From NCBI GenBank assembly GCA_043814965.1, contig JBDRJN010000033.1:1379-65378 (forward strand): 64,000 nucleotides of DNA. Reading direction: 5' to 3'. This stretch comes from Candidatus Omnitrophota bacterium (GTDB taxonomy: Bacteria > Omnitrophota > Gorgyraeia > Gorgyraeales > Gorgyraeaceae). Within the stretch, counting starts at the first letter, position 1. Every line of letters starts with the position of its first letter. Under the pieces are notes generated by a model. That model made no database searches. It was given only the letters and a program-made list of their open reading frames with translations, and had not been told where the DNA came from. The translations under genes were made by a program, and so were the position numbers. Shown one piece after another: positions 32,793-43,411 of the stretch.

Positions 32793-32818
32793 GTAGGGGA
32801 GCCTTAAGGCTCCCCTAC
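32793..32818. repeat. REP-like GC palindrome GTAGGGGAGCCTTAAGGCTCCCCTAC, copy 2
   Basis: Immediately after the oppF-like stop. Confidence 0.7.
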
Positions 32819-32978
32819 ATTGTGGATAACTTCTAACCTGGTTAGCACCCAAGTAGAACGTCTACCTATATACAGTCTTGCCTTGACAAACCCCCTAAAA
32901 TCAGTAAACTTTTTATACGTCTATATAAATATATATAGTTACTATATATAATACATATGAGAAAGGAGAATTTTTGGC

Positions 32979-33347
32979 ATGCACAAGATACTGATCATCG
33001 ATGATGAAGAGACATTGCTTGCTAATATAGGAGATTTTTTAAAGGCAAGGGGTTATGAGGTATTGATATCCGGCAATGGAAAAGATGGAGTAGAGATAAT
33101 AAAATCAGAGAACCCGGAGCTCTTGTTATTGGACCTACACCTTAAAGAAGGGCCTACGGGCATACAGATATTAAGAGTTGCAAAGACAATAAACCCGGAT
33201 CTAAAGGTAATAGTGCTTACAGGATTTGGTGAAGAAGAGGACGCAAGAAAAGAGTGCATCTCTTTAGGCGCGAGTAATTTTATGAGTAAACCTGCATCTT
33301 TACGAGAATTAATAGAGATCATAGAGAATCTCTTCAAGGAGGCGTAA
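32979..33347 (+). CDS. single-domain response regulator (CheY-like receiver)
   Basis: DD...D phospho-acceptor pocket (IIDDEE...LLLLDLHL), conserved Thr, and Lys (FMSKP). Confidence 0.8.
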   Translation: MHKILIIDDEETLLANIGDFLKARGYEVLISGNGKDGVEIIKSENPELLLLDLHLKEGPTGIQILRVAKTINPDLKVIVLTGFGEEEDARKECISLGASNFMSKPASLRELIEIIENLFKEA

Positions 33348-33595
33348 TGACCAAAGACAACGATACGACAAAAGAAGATTTTCACGCTGTAAACAATTGG
33401 CTTAATAAGATAACGACCCAATCTGGTATGACTAGGTATAATCTGGAGAAAAATGGATTTGATCCTAGCAGGCTGGAAGAGGAAAAAGAAAATATCATAA
33501 AACTCTTGGATGATGTAGAAGGTTATGCGCTTGAGGTAGGCAGGATACTAAAAGGCATAAGACAATCTATTGCAAAATCAAAGAGTATAGTTTAA
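33347..33595 (+). CDS. hypothetical small protein
   Basis: TAATG overlap with the upstream gene; no recognisable domain. Confidence 0.35.
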   Translation: MTKDNDTTKEDFHAVNNWLNKITTQSGMTRYNLEKNGFDPSRLEEEKENIIKLLDDVEGYALEVGRILKGIRQSIAKSKSIV

Positions 33596-33599
33596 ATCT

Positions 33600-34424
33600 A
33601 TGGGCAAAAGTATACTTATAGTAGAAGATGAGAGAAATATTGCGCTGGTCCTAAGGGACCTCTTTGTATCTCAAGGTTACGATGTAGATGTCGCTTTTAC
33701 TGGAAAAGATGCAAAGATGTATCTGGAGAACAAGGCATTTGACCTGGTCTCTTTGGATATCGAGATCCCGCAGGTAAACGGCATAGAGCTTCTAAAGTTC
33801 GCAAAGAGTAGATTCCCGCACATAAAGACAGTGGTCCTTAGCGGTTTTCTGGAAGAATATAAAAGTGAACTGGACAAGATAGGGTATGACGCTTTCTTGA
33901 GTAAACCTTTTTCTATCAATACGCTTGTAAAGGTGGTCAATGACACTCTCCTAGGGAAAGAAAAAGACAAGAAGAATCCATCGGTACTCATAAATAATAA
34001 AGATATATTTGCAAAAGCAAAGTTACTTTTTATAGAGCCTAATGAAATAATGTACGGCCCTAAGGCAGAATATTTTAGCGACGAAAAACGTTCGAGAGGA
34101 AGCTATGAGATCAGGGCCTCTTATACAGACAAAGAGGTATTAGAAGCGCTGGAAAGCTTTAAGCCGGATATCGTATTAAGCAATACCAGCATGTACAGGC
34201 TCTATAATTTTTCAGAGAAGTTTTCAAAGTCACCTTATCCGCCTAAAGATGTGATACTGTATGGCCTTTCCGGGTCTATGAGCCTGACAGGGCTCAAGAA
34301 CACATCTTTTTTGGATGGTTTTTTTGACCCTATAACAGCTGTAGTTATGCCAAAAGAGATGGATAAACTCGGGAAACTGGTACGTAGTACTGCGATAGTA
34401 CATGACCTGTACATAAAGATTTGA
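33600..34424 (+). CDS. response regulator receiver domain fused to an uncharacterised ~150-aa C-terminal domain
   Basis: N-terminal receiver ILIVEDE...LDIEIPQVNG...SGF...SKPF. The C-terminal region has no recognisable motif. Confidence 0.65.
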   Translation: MGKSILIVEDERNIALVLRDLFVSQGYDVDVAFTGKDAKMYLENKAFDLVSLDIEIPQVNGIELLKFAKSRFPHIKTVVLSGFLEEYKSELDKIGYDAFLSKPFSINTLVKVVNDTLLGKEKDKKNPSVLINNKDIFAKAKLLFIEPNEIMYGPKAEYFSDEKRSRGSYEIRASYTDKEVLEALESFKPDIVLSNTSMYRLYNFSEKFSKSPYPPKDVILYGLSGSMSLTGLKNTSFLDGFFDPITAVVMPKEMDKLGKLVRSTAIVHDLYIKI

Positions 34425-35563
34425 GGAACATGGGTAAAATTAAGATAAAAAATAGAAGAGATAAAAAGATCCCTTATGAAGACATATTGACCAAGGCTAG
34501 CAGGGGTATGGTGCTTATCAAGGATATGGATAGGCTCTTAAACCTTATTGCCAGGATAGTAAAGATGCATGTAAAGGTGAGGAGCGTTGCTATATTCCAG
34601 CATGATCACGCAAGAGACGAGTTCGTATTAAAATCCCGCAGGGGAGAAAACAAGGATCTGGCATATTGTAATATAGTAAACGACGATACGTTAGTGAGGT
34701 TTTTAAAAAAGACAAAAAAAGGGTTCCTGGCAGATAAAGTATCTTCCAAAGAGATCTCAATGGATAGATTGAAAGAACTTAAATGCTCTCTTTGTATACC
34801 TAGCTTTTGGAGGAAAGACCTCCTGGCATTTTTAATATTGGGAGAAAAACTTTCCGGAGAAACATATTCCCTGAAAGAAGTAAGGCTTTTGACCGCGCTT
34901 TCAGATGAGGTTGCTATTGCTATAGAGAATGCCAGGAATGTTACAGAGCTTGAGCGATTGAGAGAGAGGGAAAGAAGGAACTATTTTGAGACAGTCCTGG
35001 CTCTTGCAAGGACTGTGGATGAAAAGGATTCTTATACAAGAGGCCATCTTGATACTGTCGCTAAGTATGGCATAGAGCTGGCAAAAGAACTGGTAGCCAT
35101 AGGCAAGATAGAGCTAGATATGGAAGAACTCAAGATATCACTTCTCTTACACGATATAGGCAAGATCGGGATACCCGACGCTCTTTTAAATAAGAACGGA
35201 AAACTTACCGATGAGGAATATTCTGTCATGAAACAACACTCCGAGATAGGTGAAAGGATCGTCAAACCCATCTCAAGATTAAAAAATGTCAGTAAGATCA
35301 TAAGGCATCACCAGGAACGATATGATGGATTGGGATATCCTGATGGCCTGAAAGGCGATGATATACCTCTTTCTTCCAGGATAATCGCAGTAGTGGATTC
35401 TTTCCATGCTATGATATCAGACAGGCCTTATAGGAAGGCTTTGCCGAATGAGGCTGCTTTGAAGGAATTGATAGATAATAAAGATAAGCAGTTCGATCCT
35501 ATAGTCGTAGATGCATTTATGAGGGCTTGGGAAAAGGGCAAAATAGTAAACAGTAATCAGTAA
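34421..35563 (+). CDS. GAF-domain HD-GYP phosphodiesterase (c-di-GMP)
   Basis: HDIGKIGIPD and HHQERYDGLGYPDGL (HD-GYP signature) preceded by a GAF-like domain. Confidence 0.8.
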   Translation: MRNMGKIKIKNRRDKKIPYEDILTKASRGMVLIKDMDRLLNLIARIVKMHVKVRSVAIFQHDHARDEFVLKSRRGENKDLAYCNIVNDDTLVRFLKKTKKGFLADKVSSKEISMDRLKELKCSLCIPSFWRKDLLAFLILGEKLSGETYSLKEVRLLTALSDEVAIAIENARNVTELERLRERERRNYFETVLALARTVDEKDSYTRGHLDTVAKYGIELAKELVAIGKIELDMEELKISLLLHDIGKIGIPDALLNKNGKLTDEEYSVMKQHSEIGERIVKPISRLKNVSKIIRHHQERYDGLGYPDGLKGDDIPLSSRIIAVVDSFHAMISDRPYRKALPNEAALKELIDNKDKQFDPIVVDAFMRAWEKGKIVNSNQ

Positions 35564-35583
35564 TCAGGGACAGGAGATAATAT

Positions 35584-36795
35584 ATGAAATATATAGTCTT
35601 AGTAGGAGACGGGATGGTAGATAGGCCGATAAATGAACTTGATGGTAAGACTCCTTTGGAAGTAGCCAAGACACCCAATATGAATTTTATTGCAGAAAAA
35701 GGCAGGATAGGCCTTACCAATATGATCCCGAGGCGATTAGCTCCTGCGAGTGATGTTGCAAATCTTTCTATCCTGGGCTACAACCCTCATAAATACTATA
35801 CTGGAAGAGGCCCTTTGGAGGCTGCAAATATGGGTATAGATATTAGGGGCGATGATATAGCCTTTAGATGCAATCTTGTCACTGTCTCCGATGATAAGAT
35901 GGTAGATTACAGCGCTGGCCATATATCTACGAAAGAAGCACATTCTATAATCAATGAATTAAATAAAAAACTAGGTACCAGGGATATGAGATTTTACGGG
36001 GGTGTCAGCTATAGGCATTTGGCGGTCTTTAACCAGAAAGATGAAGGCCTGTTAAAGGAACTTTCAAAGGTCAAATGCACTCCTCCGCATGATATAGCGG
36101 GAAAAAAGATCAATAGGTATCTGCCTAAAAAAGGTGACCAGGCAGATTTTTTAACTAACCTGATGTATAGGTCGAGAGATATACTTTTAAATCATGAAGT
36201 AAACAGGGTCAGGGTTGACTTAAGGGAGAACCCGGCAAATATGATCTGGCTTTGGGGCCAAGGCGTAAAGCCTTCTATGCCTAAATTCAAGGAACTCTAT
36301 AAAGTAGAAGGGTCTATCATATCAGCAGTGGACCTGATAAAAGGTATTGGAAAGATCATAGGCCTAGAGGTCATAGATGTGCCAGGGGCTACGGGATATT
36401 ATGATACTAATTACCTGGGCAAGGCTGAATATGCTATCAGGTCTTTAAAGGAAAGGGATTTTGTATTTGTGCATGTAGAAGCGCCTGATGAAGCAGGGCA
36501 TAACGGAGACTTAAAAGAAAAGATAAGGGCAATAGAGAACTTTGATAAGTTTGTAGTCGGCACAATGCTTGAACATTTTAAATCTAGCAAAGAGGAATTC
36601 AGGATGCTTGTCCTCTCGGATCATGCTACGCCATTAGCTTTGAGGACGCACTCCAGGGATTATGTGTGTTTTGAGATGTACGGCACTGATATAGAGCCTG
36701 ATGATTCAATGTATTTTAATGAGAATGAAGCCCGCCAGTCGAAATTTAAGATAGATAAGGGTTATGAATTGATGGAATTTTTTATAGGCGGTTAA
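35584..36795 (+). CDS. apgM: 2,3-bisphosphoglycerate-independent phosphoglycerate mutase, archaeal type (ApgM)
   Basis: N-terminal IVLVGDGMVDRP and metal-binding Asp/His motifs of the ApgM family (TIGR00306-like). Confidence 0.7.
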   Translation: MKYIVLVGDGMVDRPINELDGKTPLEVAKTPNMNFIAEKGRIGLTNMIPRRLAPASDVANLSILGYNPHKYYTGRGPLEAANMGIDIRGDDIAFRCNLVTVSDDKMVDYSAGHISTKEAHSIINELNKKLGTRDMRFYGGVSYRHLAVFNQKDEGLLKELSKVKCTPPHDIAGKKINRYLPKKGDQADFLTNLMYRSRDILLNHEVNRVRVDLRENPANMIWLWGQGVKPSMPKFKELYKVEGSIISAVDLIKGIGKIIGLEVIDVPGATGYYDTNYLGKAEYAIRSLKERDFVFVHVEAPDEAGHNGDLKEKIRAIENFDKFVVGTMLEHFKSSKEEFRMLVLSDHATPLALRTHSRDYVCFEMYGTDIEPDDSMYFNENEARQSKFKIDKGYELMEFFIGG

Positions 36796-36847
36796 AAGGC
36801 CAGGCATAGGCATCAAGGCATGTTAGTCTTAGAGAGAGTCACAAAAA

Positions 36848-38773
36848 ATGGTTAATTTTTTTAAAAAATATCCCGGAATATCCGTAATATCTATTATTTA
36901 CGCTATTGCATTCCTCTTGATCCAGAAGATCCCGGATATCCTTATCAATGATTCATGGGCCTATGCCAAGATCGCAAAATATTTTTTAGAGACTGGCACG
37001 ATCAGATTTATAGGGCTAGGAGCCATGAGCCTATTGTCACATATATTATGCGGGGCATTTTTCTGTAAGATACTCGGGTTTTCTTTTATGGCCCTTAATT
37101 TGTCCACATTTATATTGAGCATGTTGGCAAATATTATTTTTTATTTGATCATAAAAGAACTGGATTTTTCTGAACCAAAGGCGAGCCTTTCGAGCCTTTT
37201 ATTGATAGTAAACCCAATATTTTTTGTAACTTCATTTACATACATGACTGATGTGCCGTTTATATGCTGGATGCTTCTGGGAGTTTTTTTCTATTTACGG
37301 TCTTTGAGAGAGGAAGGGAGCATAGATCTATTTTTAGGAAGCCTATTTTGTGTTTTTGCGTCTTTGGTAAGGCAGAATGGAGTGCTTGTACCATTAGGGG
37401 TACTTGTGTTCTACTTGTTGGATCCGAAACACAGAAAACGCTTGAGCCTTTCAAAGATATTTATATTGGCAGTGTTCCCTATAGCTATTATGGGGATATA
37501 TATATATTGGCAAAGTCAAAAGCCAAACGTCGACAAACTGCACCTTTCTCTTAATTCACCTCAAGACTTAATATTTATCTTAAACTACGCAGCGCTTTTT
37601 TGCGCTCCTTTAATATTGGCTTATTTAATTGATATAAAAGAGATCTATAAGAACATATTCAAGAGGTATCCTGGTATTTGTAGTGTTTCTGCAACTGTAG
37701 TTTTCCTTAGCGCTATTACAGCTGTCGGCATTGCTACAGGCAAAAAAATGATGCCTTATTATGGTATGTGGGTCACTAAATATGGAGTATTCTTCGATTC
37801 TATGCTCGCCGGCAGCCGCAGGATAATTATCTCTGATCTTGCCTGGGCATGTATAACCGCGATCACTGCAATTTGTTCCGCGGTATTTTTAATCTTTATA
37901 GTCTTAAGGATCAAAGGGATATTGGATGGTTTTAAAGGTAAGGCAAAAGGCATATTTTTATATATAGGTATATTTTCCATATTAGCTTCATTCTTATTGA
38001 TAATCGGGAGGAAATGGATATTTAGTATATATACACTTTGGTATGGCTATCTATATGATGCCGGGCATGTAAAAAGAAGTTTTGACCTGAATTTTTTTAG
38101 GATCCTTAATATACATAATGCTTTATTATCCTGGCTTTTAATAACAGGATGTGTTTTGTTGATCTACTTTCTATGGTTACGGATGCCCTTAGATAAAAAG
38201 TCTACTACACCGGAAAATACCAGTAAATCAATTCCTCCTTATGTGCTAGTATGTTTAGTAACACTTTTTCAGCTTGGATTTATTCTTGTCATGAGGGGGA
38301 TCACAGATAGATATTTAATAATATTTATCCCAGGCGCAGTTATCTTTATCTTAGAAGTTACAAGAAACCTTAGATTTTCAAAACCTATATTTATAATAGG
38401 GCTCTTAATATTTTTTTTATACTCAGTTATAATCAGCGAGGATACATTTAAATGGAATAAAGCCAGCTGGGATATGGGGGAGTCATTGTTAAATAAAAAT
38501 GTGCCTATTAATAAAATTGATAGCGGTTATGCATGGAATGGATGGCATTACAGTAAGCTTATTATCAACGAACCTTATGAATACCTTACTCCAAGATCGC
38601 ACAAACCCCTCCCTTTTTATTTAAGAAGCATGTTTTATGATATAGACAATGAATATGTCGTGTCTTTTTCTCCTTTGGAAGGTTATAGTAATATAGAGAT
38701 ATCGGAGTATGAGAGTATTCTATCGCATCTTACGCGCAAGAAAAATATTATTTATCTATTGCGGAGAATTTAA
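36848..38773 (+). CDS. polytopic membrane protein, ArnT/PMT-like (GT39/GT83-type) glycosyltransferase candidate
   Basis: More than 12 predicted transmembrane helices. First loop DSWAYAKIAKYF resembles PMT_2 family loop motifs. Confidence 0.4.
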   Translation: MVNFFKKYPGISVISIIYAIAFLLIQKIPDILINDSWAYAKIAKYFLETGTIRFIGLGAMSLLSHILCGAFFCKILGFSFMALNLSTFILSMLANIIFYLIIKELDFSEPKASLSSLLLIVNPIFFVTSFTYMTDVPFICWMLLGVFFYLRSLREEGSIDLFLGSLFCVFASLVRQNGVLVPLGVLVFYLLDPKHRKRLSLSKIFILAVFPIAIMGIYIYWQSQKPNVDKLHLSLNSPQDLIFILNYAALFCAPLILAYLIDIKEIYKNIFKRYPGICSVSATVVFLSAITAVGIATGKKMMPYYGMWVTKYGVFFDSMLAGSRRIIISDLAWACITAITAICSAVFLIFIVLRIKGILDGFKGKAKGIFLYIGIFSILASFLLIIGRKWIFSIYTLWYGYLYDAGHVKRSFDLNFFRILNIHNALLSWLLITGCVLLIYFLWLRMPLDKKSTTPENTSKSIPPYVLVCLVTLFQLGFILVMRGITDRYLIIFIPGAVIFILEVTRNLRFSKPIFIIGLLIFFLYSVIISEDTFKWNKASWDMGESLLNKNVPINKIDSGYAWNGWHYSKLIINEPYEYLTPRSHKPLPFYLRSMFYDIDNEYVVSFSPLEGYSNIEISEYESILSHLTRKKNIIYLLRRI

Positions 38774-38845
38774 GCATCAGGAAGACGCTTAAATTCTTAT
38801 TTTGCTCTTAAAACCGGGTACTCGTAGCAAAATTGGGAAGAAGTA

Positions 38846-40456
38846 ATGAATTCGTTAGTCATCATCTTAATCTCAGCTTTATTTTTGGTCATGGGATATG
38901 TGTTTTATGCCAGGATCATAGAAAGATTATTCGATATAGATCCTGGCAGAGAGACGCCCGCGCATACTTATTATGACGGGATAGATTATGTGCCGTGTAA
39001 AAATTGGCTGATACTTTTTAGCCATCATTTCGCAAGTATTGCCGGAGCAGGCCCGATAGTAGGCCCGATAATAGCAGTGGGTATATGGGGATGGTACCCT
39101 GCTTTATTATGGATAATATTCGGGACCATATTTATAGGGGGTGTCCATGATTTTGCATCTATTATCATATCTGTCAGGTATAGGTCCCGCTCAATAGCTG
39201 ATATAGCAGAAAGTGTGATATCAAAAAGATCTAAATTGATATTTTTAGGGTTTGTCTGGCTTGCGCTTATACTTGTAATAGCCGTGTTTACGTCTATATC
39301 TGCAAAGACGCTTACTGCTGAACCGACTACCGTGATCCCGTCCTTTGGGCTTATAGCCATCGCTTTAATATTCGGATTTTTACTCCATAAGCTTAAGTTG
39401 AATATCTTGATATCTACACTTATTAGTTTAGCGCTCTTGGTATTCTCGATCGTATTGGGAGGGATAAATCCTATTACATTCGGGAACGACCCTTATTTAT
39501 TATGGTGTGTTGTGCTTTTAGTGTATGCATTCTTTGCGTCAACTACTCCCGTACATATCTTGCTTCAGCCAAGAGATTATATATCTAGTTTTTTGCTTTA
39601 TTTTGGTATCATCGTAGGGGTGTTAGGCATCATTATTACCAGGCCGGATATTAACACTGCTTCTTATGCGGGCTGGAATCCTGGCAACTCAGGGTGGTTA
39701 TGGCCAATGCTTTTTGTGACAATAGCTTGCGGGGCGAACTCAGGGTTTCATTCACTGGTCGCAAGCGGCACTACCTCAAAACAGCTCAGTAATGAAATAT
39801 TTGCAAAGCGCATCGGATACGGGGGTATGGCATTGGAAGCATTTTTAGCAGTATTAGCGCTTATCGCAGTTACAGCAGGCCTTTCTCAAGGGGCTTTAAA
39901 GGGTATGCTTTCAAAAGGAGGGGATGGCCCTATAAGCGCGTTTGGCGTTGGGTTCGGAGTATTGACCTATCCGATCCTAGGGGGAAAGGGCCAGGTAGTA
40001 GCAATAATGATATTGAATGCTTTTGTCTTGACTACCTTGGATACAGCTACTAGAATATGCAGGTATTTATCAGAAGAACTTTTTAAAATAAAGAATAGAT
40101 TCTTTTCGACGTTTGTGGTAATATTTACAAGTGGATTATTGGCCTTGAGCGGCAAGTGGAGTAGTATCTGGCCTATATTCGGCGCTAGCAACCAATTGGT
40201 AGCGGCGTTTACTTTTATAGTAATATCAAGCTGGCTATTGTGTAAAGGTAAGACCATAAGATATACATTATTACCAGTTGTGTTTATGCTCATAACATCT
40301 TTGGGCGCATTGGCATACAAACTAGCCAGTTTTATAAAAACGCACAATATCATTCTTAGTATATTATCAGTCGTACTTATAATAATGTCGATCTTGATGG
40401 TCTTGGATGTCTTTGATTCAGTTAAAAAGAGGAAAATATCATGCCCAAGTCTTTGA
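38846..40456 (+). CDS. cstA: carbon starvation protein CstA (peptide/pyruvate transporter family)
   Basis: Conserved CstA N-terminus ...YVPCKNWLILFSHHFASIAGAGPIVGPI... Confidence 0.85.
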   Translation: MNSLVIILISALFLVMGYVFYARIIERLFDIDPGRETPAHTYYDGIDYVPCKNWLILFSHHFASIAGAGPIVGPIIAVGIWGWYPALLWIIFGTIFIGGVHDFASIIISVRYRSRSIADIAESVISKRSKLIFLGFVWLALILVIAVFTSISAKTLTAEPTTVIPSFGLIAIALIFGFLLHKLKLNILISTLISLALLVFSIVLGGINPITFGNDPYLLWCVVLLVYAFFASTTPVHILLQPRDYISSFLLYFGIIVGVLGIIITRPDINTASYAGWNPGNSGWLWPMLFVTIACGANSGFHSLVASGTTSKQLSNEIFAKRIGYGGMALEAFLAVLALIAVTAGLSQGALKGMLSKGGDGPISAFGVGFGVLTYPILGGKGQVVAIMILNAFVLTTLDTATRICRYLSEELFKIKNRFFSTFVVIFTSGLLALSGKWSSIWPIFGASNQLVAAFTFIVISSWLLCKGKTIRYTLLPVVFMLITSLGALAYKLASFIKTHNIILSILSVVLIIMSILMVLDVFDSVKKRKISCPSL

Positions 40457-41670
40457 TAGTGCAAAAATACGGCGGCAGCTCAGTAGCAAACATAGATAAG
40501 ATAAAAAATGTAGCCAATAGAGTCGCTAGATATCATAAAAAAGGCCATTCTCTTGTAGTCGTGGTATCTGCGTTGGGGGATACCACTGATGAACTTCTGG
40601 AATTAGCCAGCGGTATAACGGAGACTCCTAGCGATAGAGAACTTGATATGCTTATATCTACTGGGGAGCAAGTATCTGTAGCGCTCTTAGCAATGGCTAT
40701 GCATAAATTAAATATAGATGCTATATCTTTTACAGGGGCCCAGGTCGGGATAATGACCGATGGGACCTATACAAAAGCTAGGATCGTAGGAATAAGCGCT
40801 GATAAGATCAAGAGAGAATTAAAAAGAGGAAAAGTAGTTATAGTAGCTGGATTCCAGGGGATCAACCTGGACCAGGAGATCACCACGCTTGGAAGAGGCG
40901 GAAGCGATATTACGGCTGTTGCGCTTGCAAAGACACTTGATGCAGAGATGTGCGAGATATATACTGATGTCGAAGGGGTGTATACAGCTGATCCAAGGCT
41001 GGTCAAAGACGCCAGAAAGCTTTCTTGTATAAGTTATGAAGAGATGCTGGAGTTGGCTTCTTTGGGGGCTCAGGTCATGCAGGCGAGATCCATGGAGGTA
41101 GCCAAAAAATTTTCAATACCATTACATATAAGGTCTAGTTTTAGTAATAAAAATGGAACTATTATCTCTAAGGAGGTCAAGGCCATGGAAGAAGTCTTAG
41201 TCAGCGGCGTTACAATGAATAAAGGAGAAGCAAAGGTCACTATATGCGATGTACCTGATAAACCTGGTATTGCAGCATTAATATTCAAAGAGATATCAAA
41301 GAAGGGCATAAATGTAGATATGATCATACAGAATATCTCAAGGACAGGTTGTACAGACCTTTCTTTTACAGTGCCTTTATCGGATCTTTTTAAGACAAAA
41401 GATGCTGCGGATAATATACAAAAGCAGGTCAAGGCCAAGGGTGTTATATATAATCGCGATATTGCCAAGATCTCTATAGTAGGAGTGGGCATGAAGTCCC
41501 ATTCAGGCGTAGCAGCAAGGATGTTTGATTGCCTTGCAGCTAACAAGATAAATATAGATATGATCTCTACATCAGAGATAAAGATATCATGCGTGATCAA
41601 CAAGATCCACGCTGAGAAGGCTGTAAAGGCTATACATAAGGCATTTAAGTTAGGAAAGAAAAGTAAATGA
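40441..41670 (+). CDS. lysC: aspartate kinase
   Basis: IVQKYGGSS...VVVVSALGDTTDEL kinase motif and two C-terminal ACT domains. Confidence 0.85.
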   Translation: MPKSLIVQKYGGSSVANIDKIKNVANRVARYHKKGHSLVVVVSALGDTTDELLELASGITETPSDRELDMLISTGEQVSVALLAMAMHKLNIDAISFTGAQVGIMTDGTYTKARIVGISADKIKRELKRGKVVIVAGFQGINLDQEITTLGRGGSDITAVALAKTLDAEMCEIYTDVEGVYTADPRLVKDARKLSCISYEEMLELASLGAQVMQARSMEVAKKFSIPLHIRSSFSNKNGTIISKEVKAMEEVLVSGVTMNKGEAKVTICDVPDKPGIAALIFKEISKKGINVDMIIQNISRTGCTDLSFTVPLSDLFKTKDAADNIQKQVKAKGVIYNRDIAKISIVGVGMKSHSGVAARMFDCLAANKINIDMISTSEIKISCVINKIHAEKAVKAIHKAFKLGKKSK

Positions 41671-41832
41671 TAAATCCGAAATTCAAAGCATCAAGTTTAA
41701 AACATTAGAATTTCGAATTTGTTTAGCTTGTCTACCGGCAGGCAGGGATTTCGGGTTTCGTATTTCGAATTTGATCAGTTTGTACCTTGTTTCTTAGTTA
41801 TCGGTTATTTCATAAGAAGAATGGAGTGAGAT

Positions 41833-43401
41833 ATGCGTGATGTTAAATTATATGACACTACATTAAGGGATGGTTCTCAGGGCGAGGGTATTTCCTTATC
41901 TGTAAATGATAAAATAAGGATAGCCAAAAGGCTGGATTCTCTAGGGGTGCATTATATAGAAGGCGGCTGGCCGGGTTCAAATCCTAAAGATGCGGAGTTT
42001 TTTAAAGAGATCAAGAACACTAAGTTTAGGAATTCCGAGATAGTGGCCTTTGGCAGCACTCGCCGCGCTAAGATATCCCCCTCTAATGACCAGAATATAA
42101 AGGCGTTCTTAAAGTCAGGCGTAAAGACAGTCGCGATATTTGGCAAGACGTGGGACTTGCATGTCAGCGAAGTATTGAATGTATCTCTCGAGGAAAACCT
42201 TAGCATGATCAAGGATTCAGTAGAGCATCTTAAATCAAAGAAGATGACTGTGTTCTATGACGCGGAGCATTTTTTCGATGCTTATATAAGCAATAAAGAA
42301 TATGCTATGGAGACCTTGCATGCTGCTAAAAATGGAGGGTGCGATGCCATAATATTGTGCGATACAAATGGCGGCATGGTCACATACGAACTGGGTATTA
42401 TCACTAGAAGCATATGCAATGAGTTTGATGTACCTATAGGCATACATACCCATAATGACAGCGGTATGGCTGTTGCCAATAGCGTTGCAGCTGTAGAATC
42501 AGGCGTTAACATGGTGCAGGGTACTATAAATGGATATGGTGAGAGGTGCGGAAACGCTGACCTATGTGTCATTATCCCGAATCTTCAGCTAAAGATGGGT
42601 TACAAGTGCCTGAAGGATTCTAAATTAAAAGAACTTACAGAGGTCTCAAGATATGTAAGCGAGATATCCAATATGAAACAACAGGATAATCAGCCTTTTG
42701 TAGGTAGATCCGCTTTTGCCCACAAGGGTGGGGTACATGTAAATGCAGTCATGAAAAATCCCAGGACATATGAGCATATAGAACCAGCTATAGTGGGTAA
42801 CCATAGAAGGATATTGATATCCGAACTGTCCGGAAAGACAAGTATCATATTAAGGGCAAAAGAGATGGAACTGGACCTTTCCAAGGACGACCCAAAGACC
42901 AGGAAGATACTAAAACTCATCCAGAACCTGGAGAATCAGGGTTATTATTTTGAGGCTGCAGACGGGTCATTCGAGGTCCTGATGAAAAGGGCTTTGAAGA
43001 AATATAAGCCATATTTTACATTTCAGGGTTTTAATGTGAATATTGAAAAGAGGCTGGATAATATGCTGATCTCAGAAGCTACTATAAAATTAAAGGTTAA
43101 TAAAAAGATCGAACATACTGTAGCTGAAGGCGATGGCCCTGTAAATGCGCTTGATAATGCGTTAAGGAAAGCGCTTAATAAATTCTATCCTACCTTGAGC
43201 CAGATGCATCTATCTGATTTTAAAGTAAGAGTGCTTGATGAAAAAGCAGGTACTGCAGCAAAGGTAAGGGTGCTCATACAATCGCAGGATGAAAGATCAT
43301 CCTGGGGCACTGTAGGGGTATCTGAAAATATCATAGAAGCCAGCTGGCAGGCGCTTGTAGATAGCGTAGAGTATAAACTTTTAAAAGATAAGGCAAAATA
43401 G
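41833..43401 (+). CDS. cimA: citramalate synthase / 2-isopropylmalate synthase family (CimA-like)
   Basis: LYDTTLRDGSQ HMGL-like TIM barrel plus a LeuA-type C-terminal regulatory domain; ~520 aa, typical of CimA. Confidence 0.6.
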   Translation: MRDVKLYDTTLRDGSQGEGISLSVNDKIRIAKRLDSLGVHYIEGGWPGSNPKDAEFFKEIKNTKFRNSEIVAFGSTRRAKISPSNDQNIKAFLKSGVKTVAIFGKTWDLHVSEVLNVSLEENLSMIKDSVEHLKSKKMTVFYDAEHFFDAYISNKEYAMETLHAAKNGGCDAIILCDTNGGMVTYELGIITRSICNEFDVPIGIHTHNDSGMAVANSVAAVESGVNMVQGTINGYGERCGNADLCVIIPNLQLKMGYKCLKDSKLKELTEVSRYVSEISNMKQQDNQPFVGRSAFAHKGGVHVNAVMKNPRTYEHIEPAIVGNHRRILISELSGKTSIILRAKEMELDLSKDDPKTRKILKLIQNLENQGYYFEAADGSFEVLMKRALKKYKPYFTFQGFNVNIEKRLDNMLISEATIKLKVNKKIEHTVAEGDGPVNALDNALRKALNKFYPTLSQMHLSDFKVRVLDEKAGTAAKVRVLIQSQDERSSWGTVGVSENIIEASWQALVDSVEYKLLKDKAK

Positions 43402-43411
43402 GTCTCCCGCC

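Noticed and set aside
37264-37554. 96-aa + strand ORF inside the large membrane glycosyltransferase-like gene
   Set aside because: Alternative frame of a long hydrophobic ORF with a continuous transmembrane pattern; no start context.
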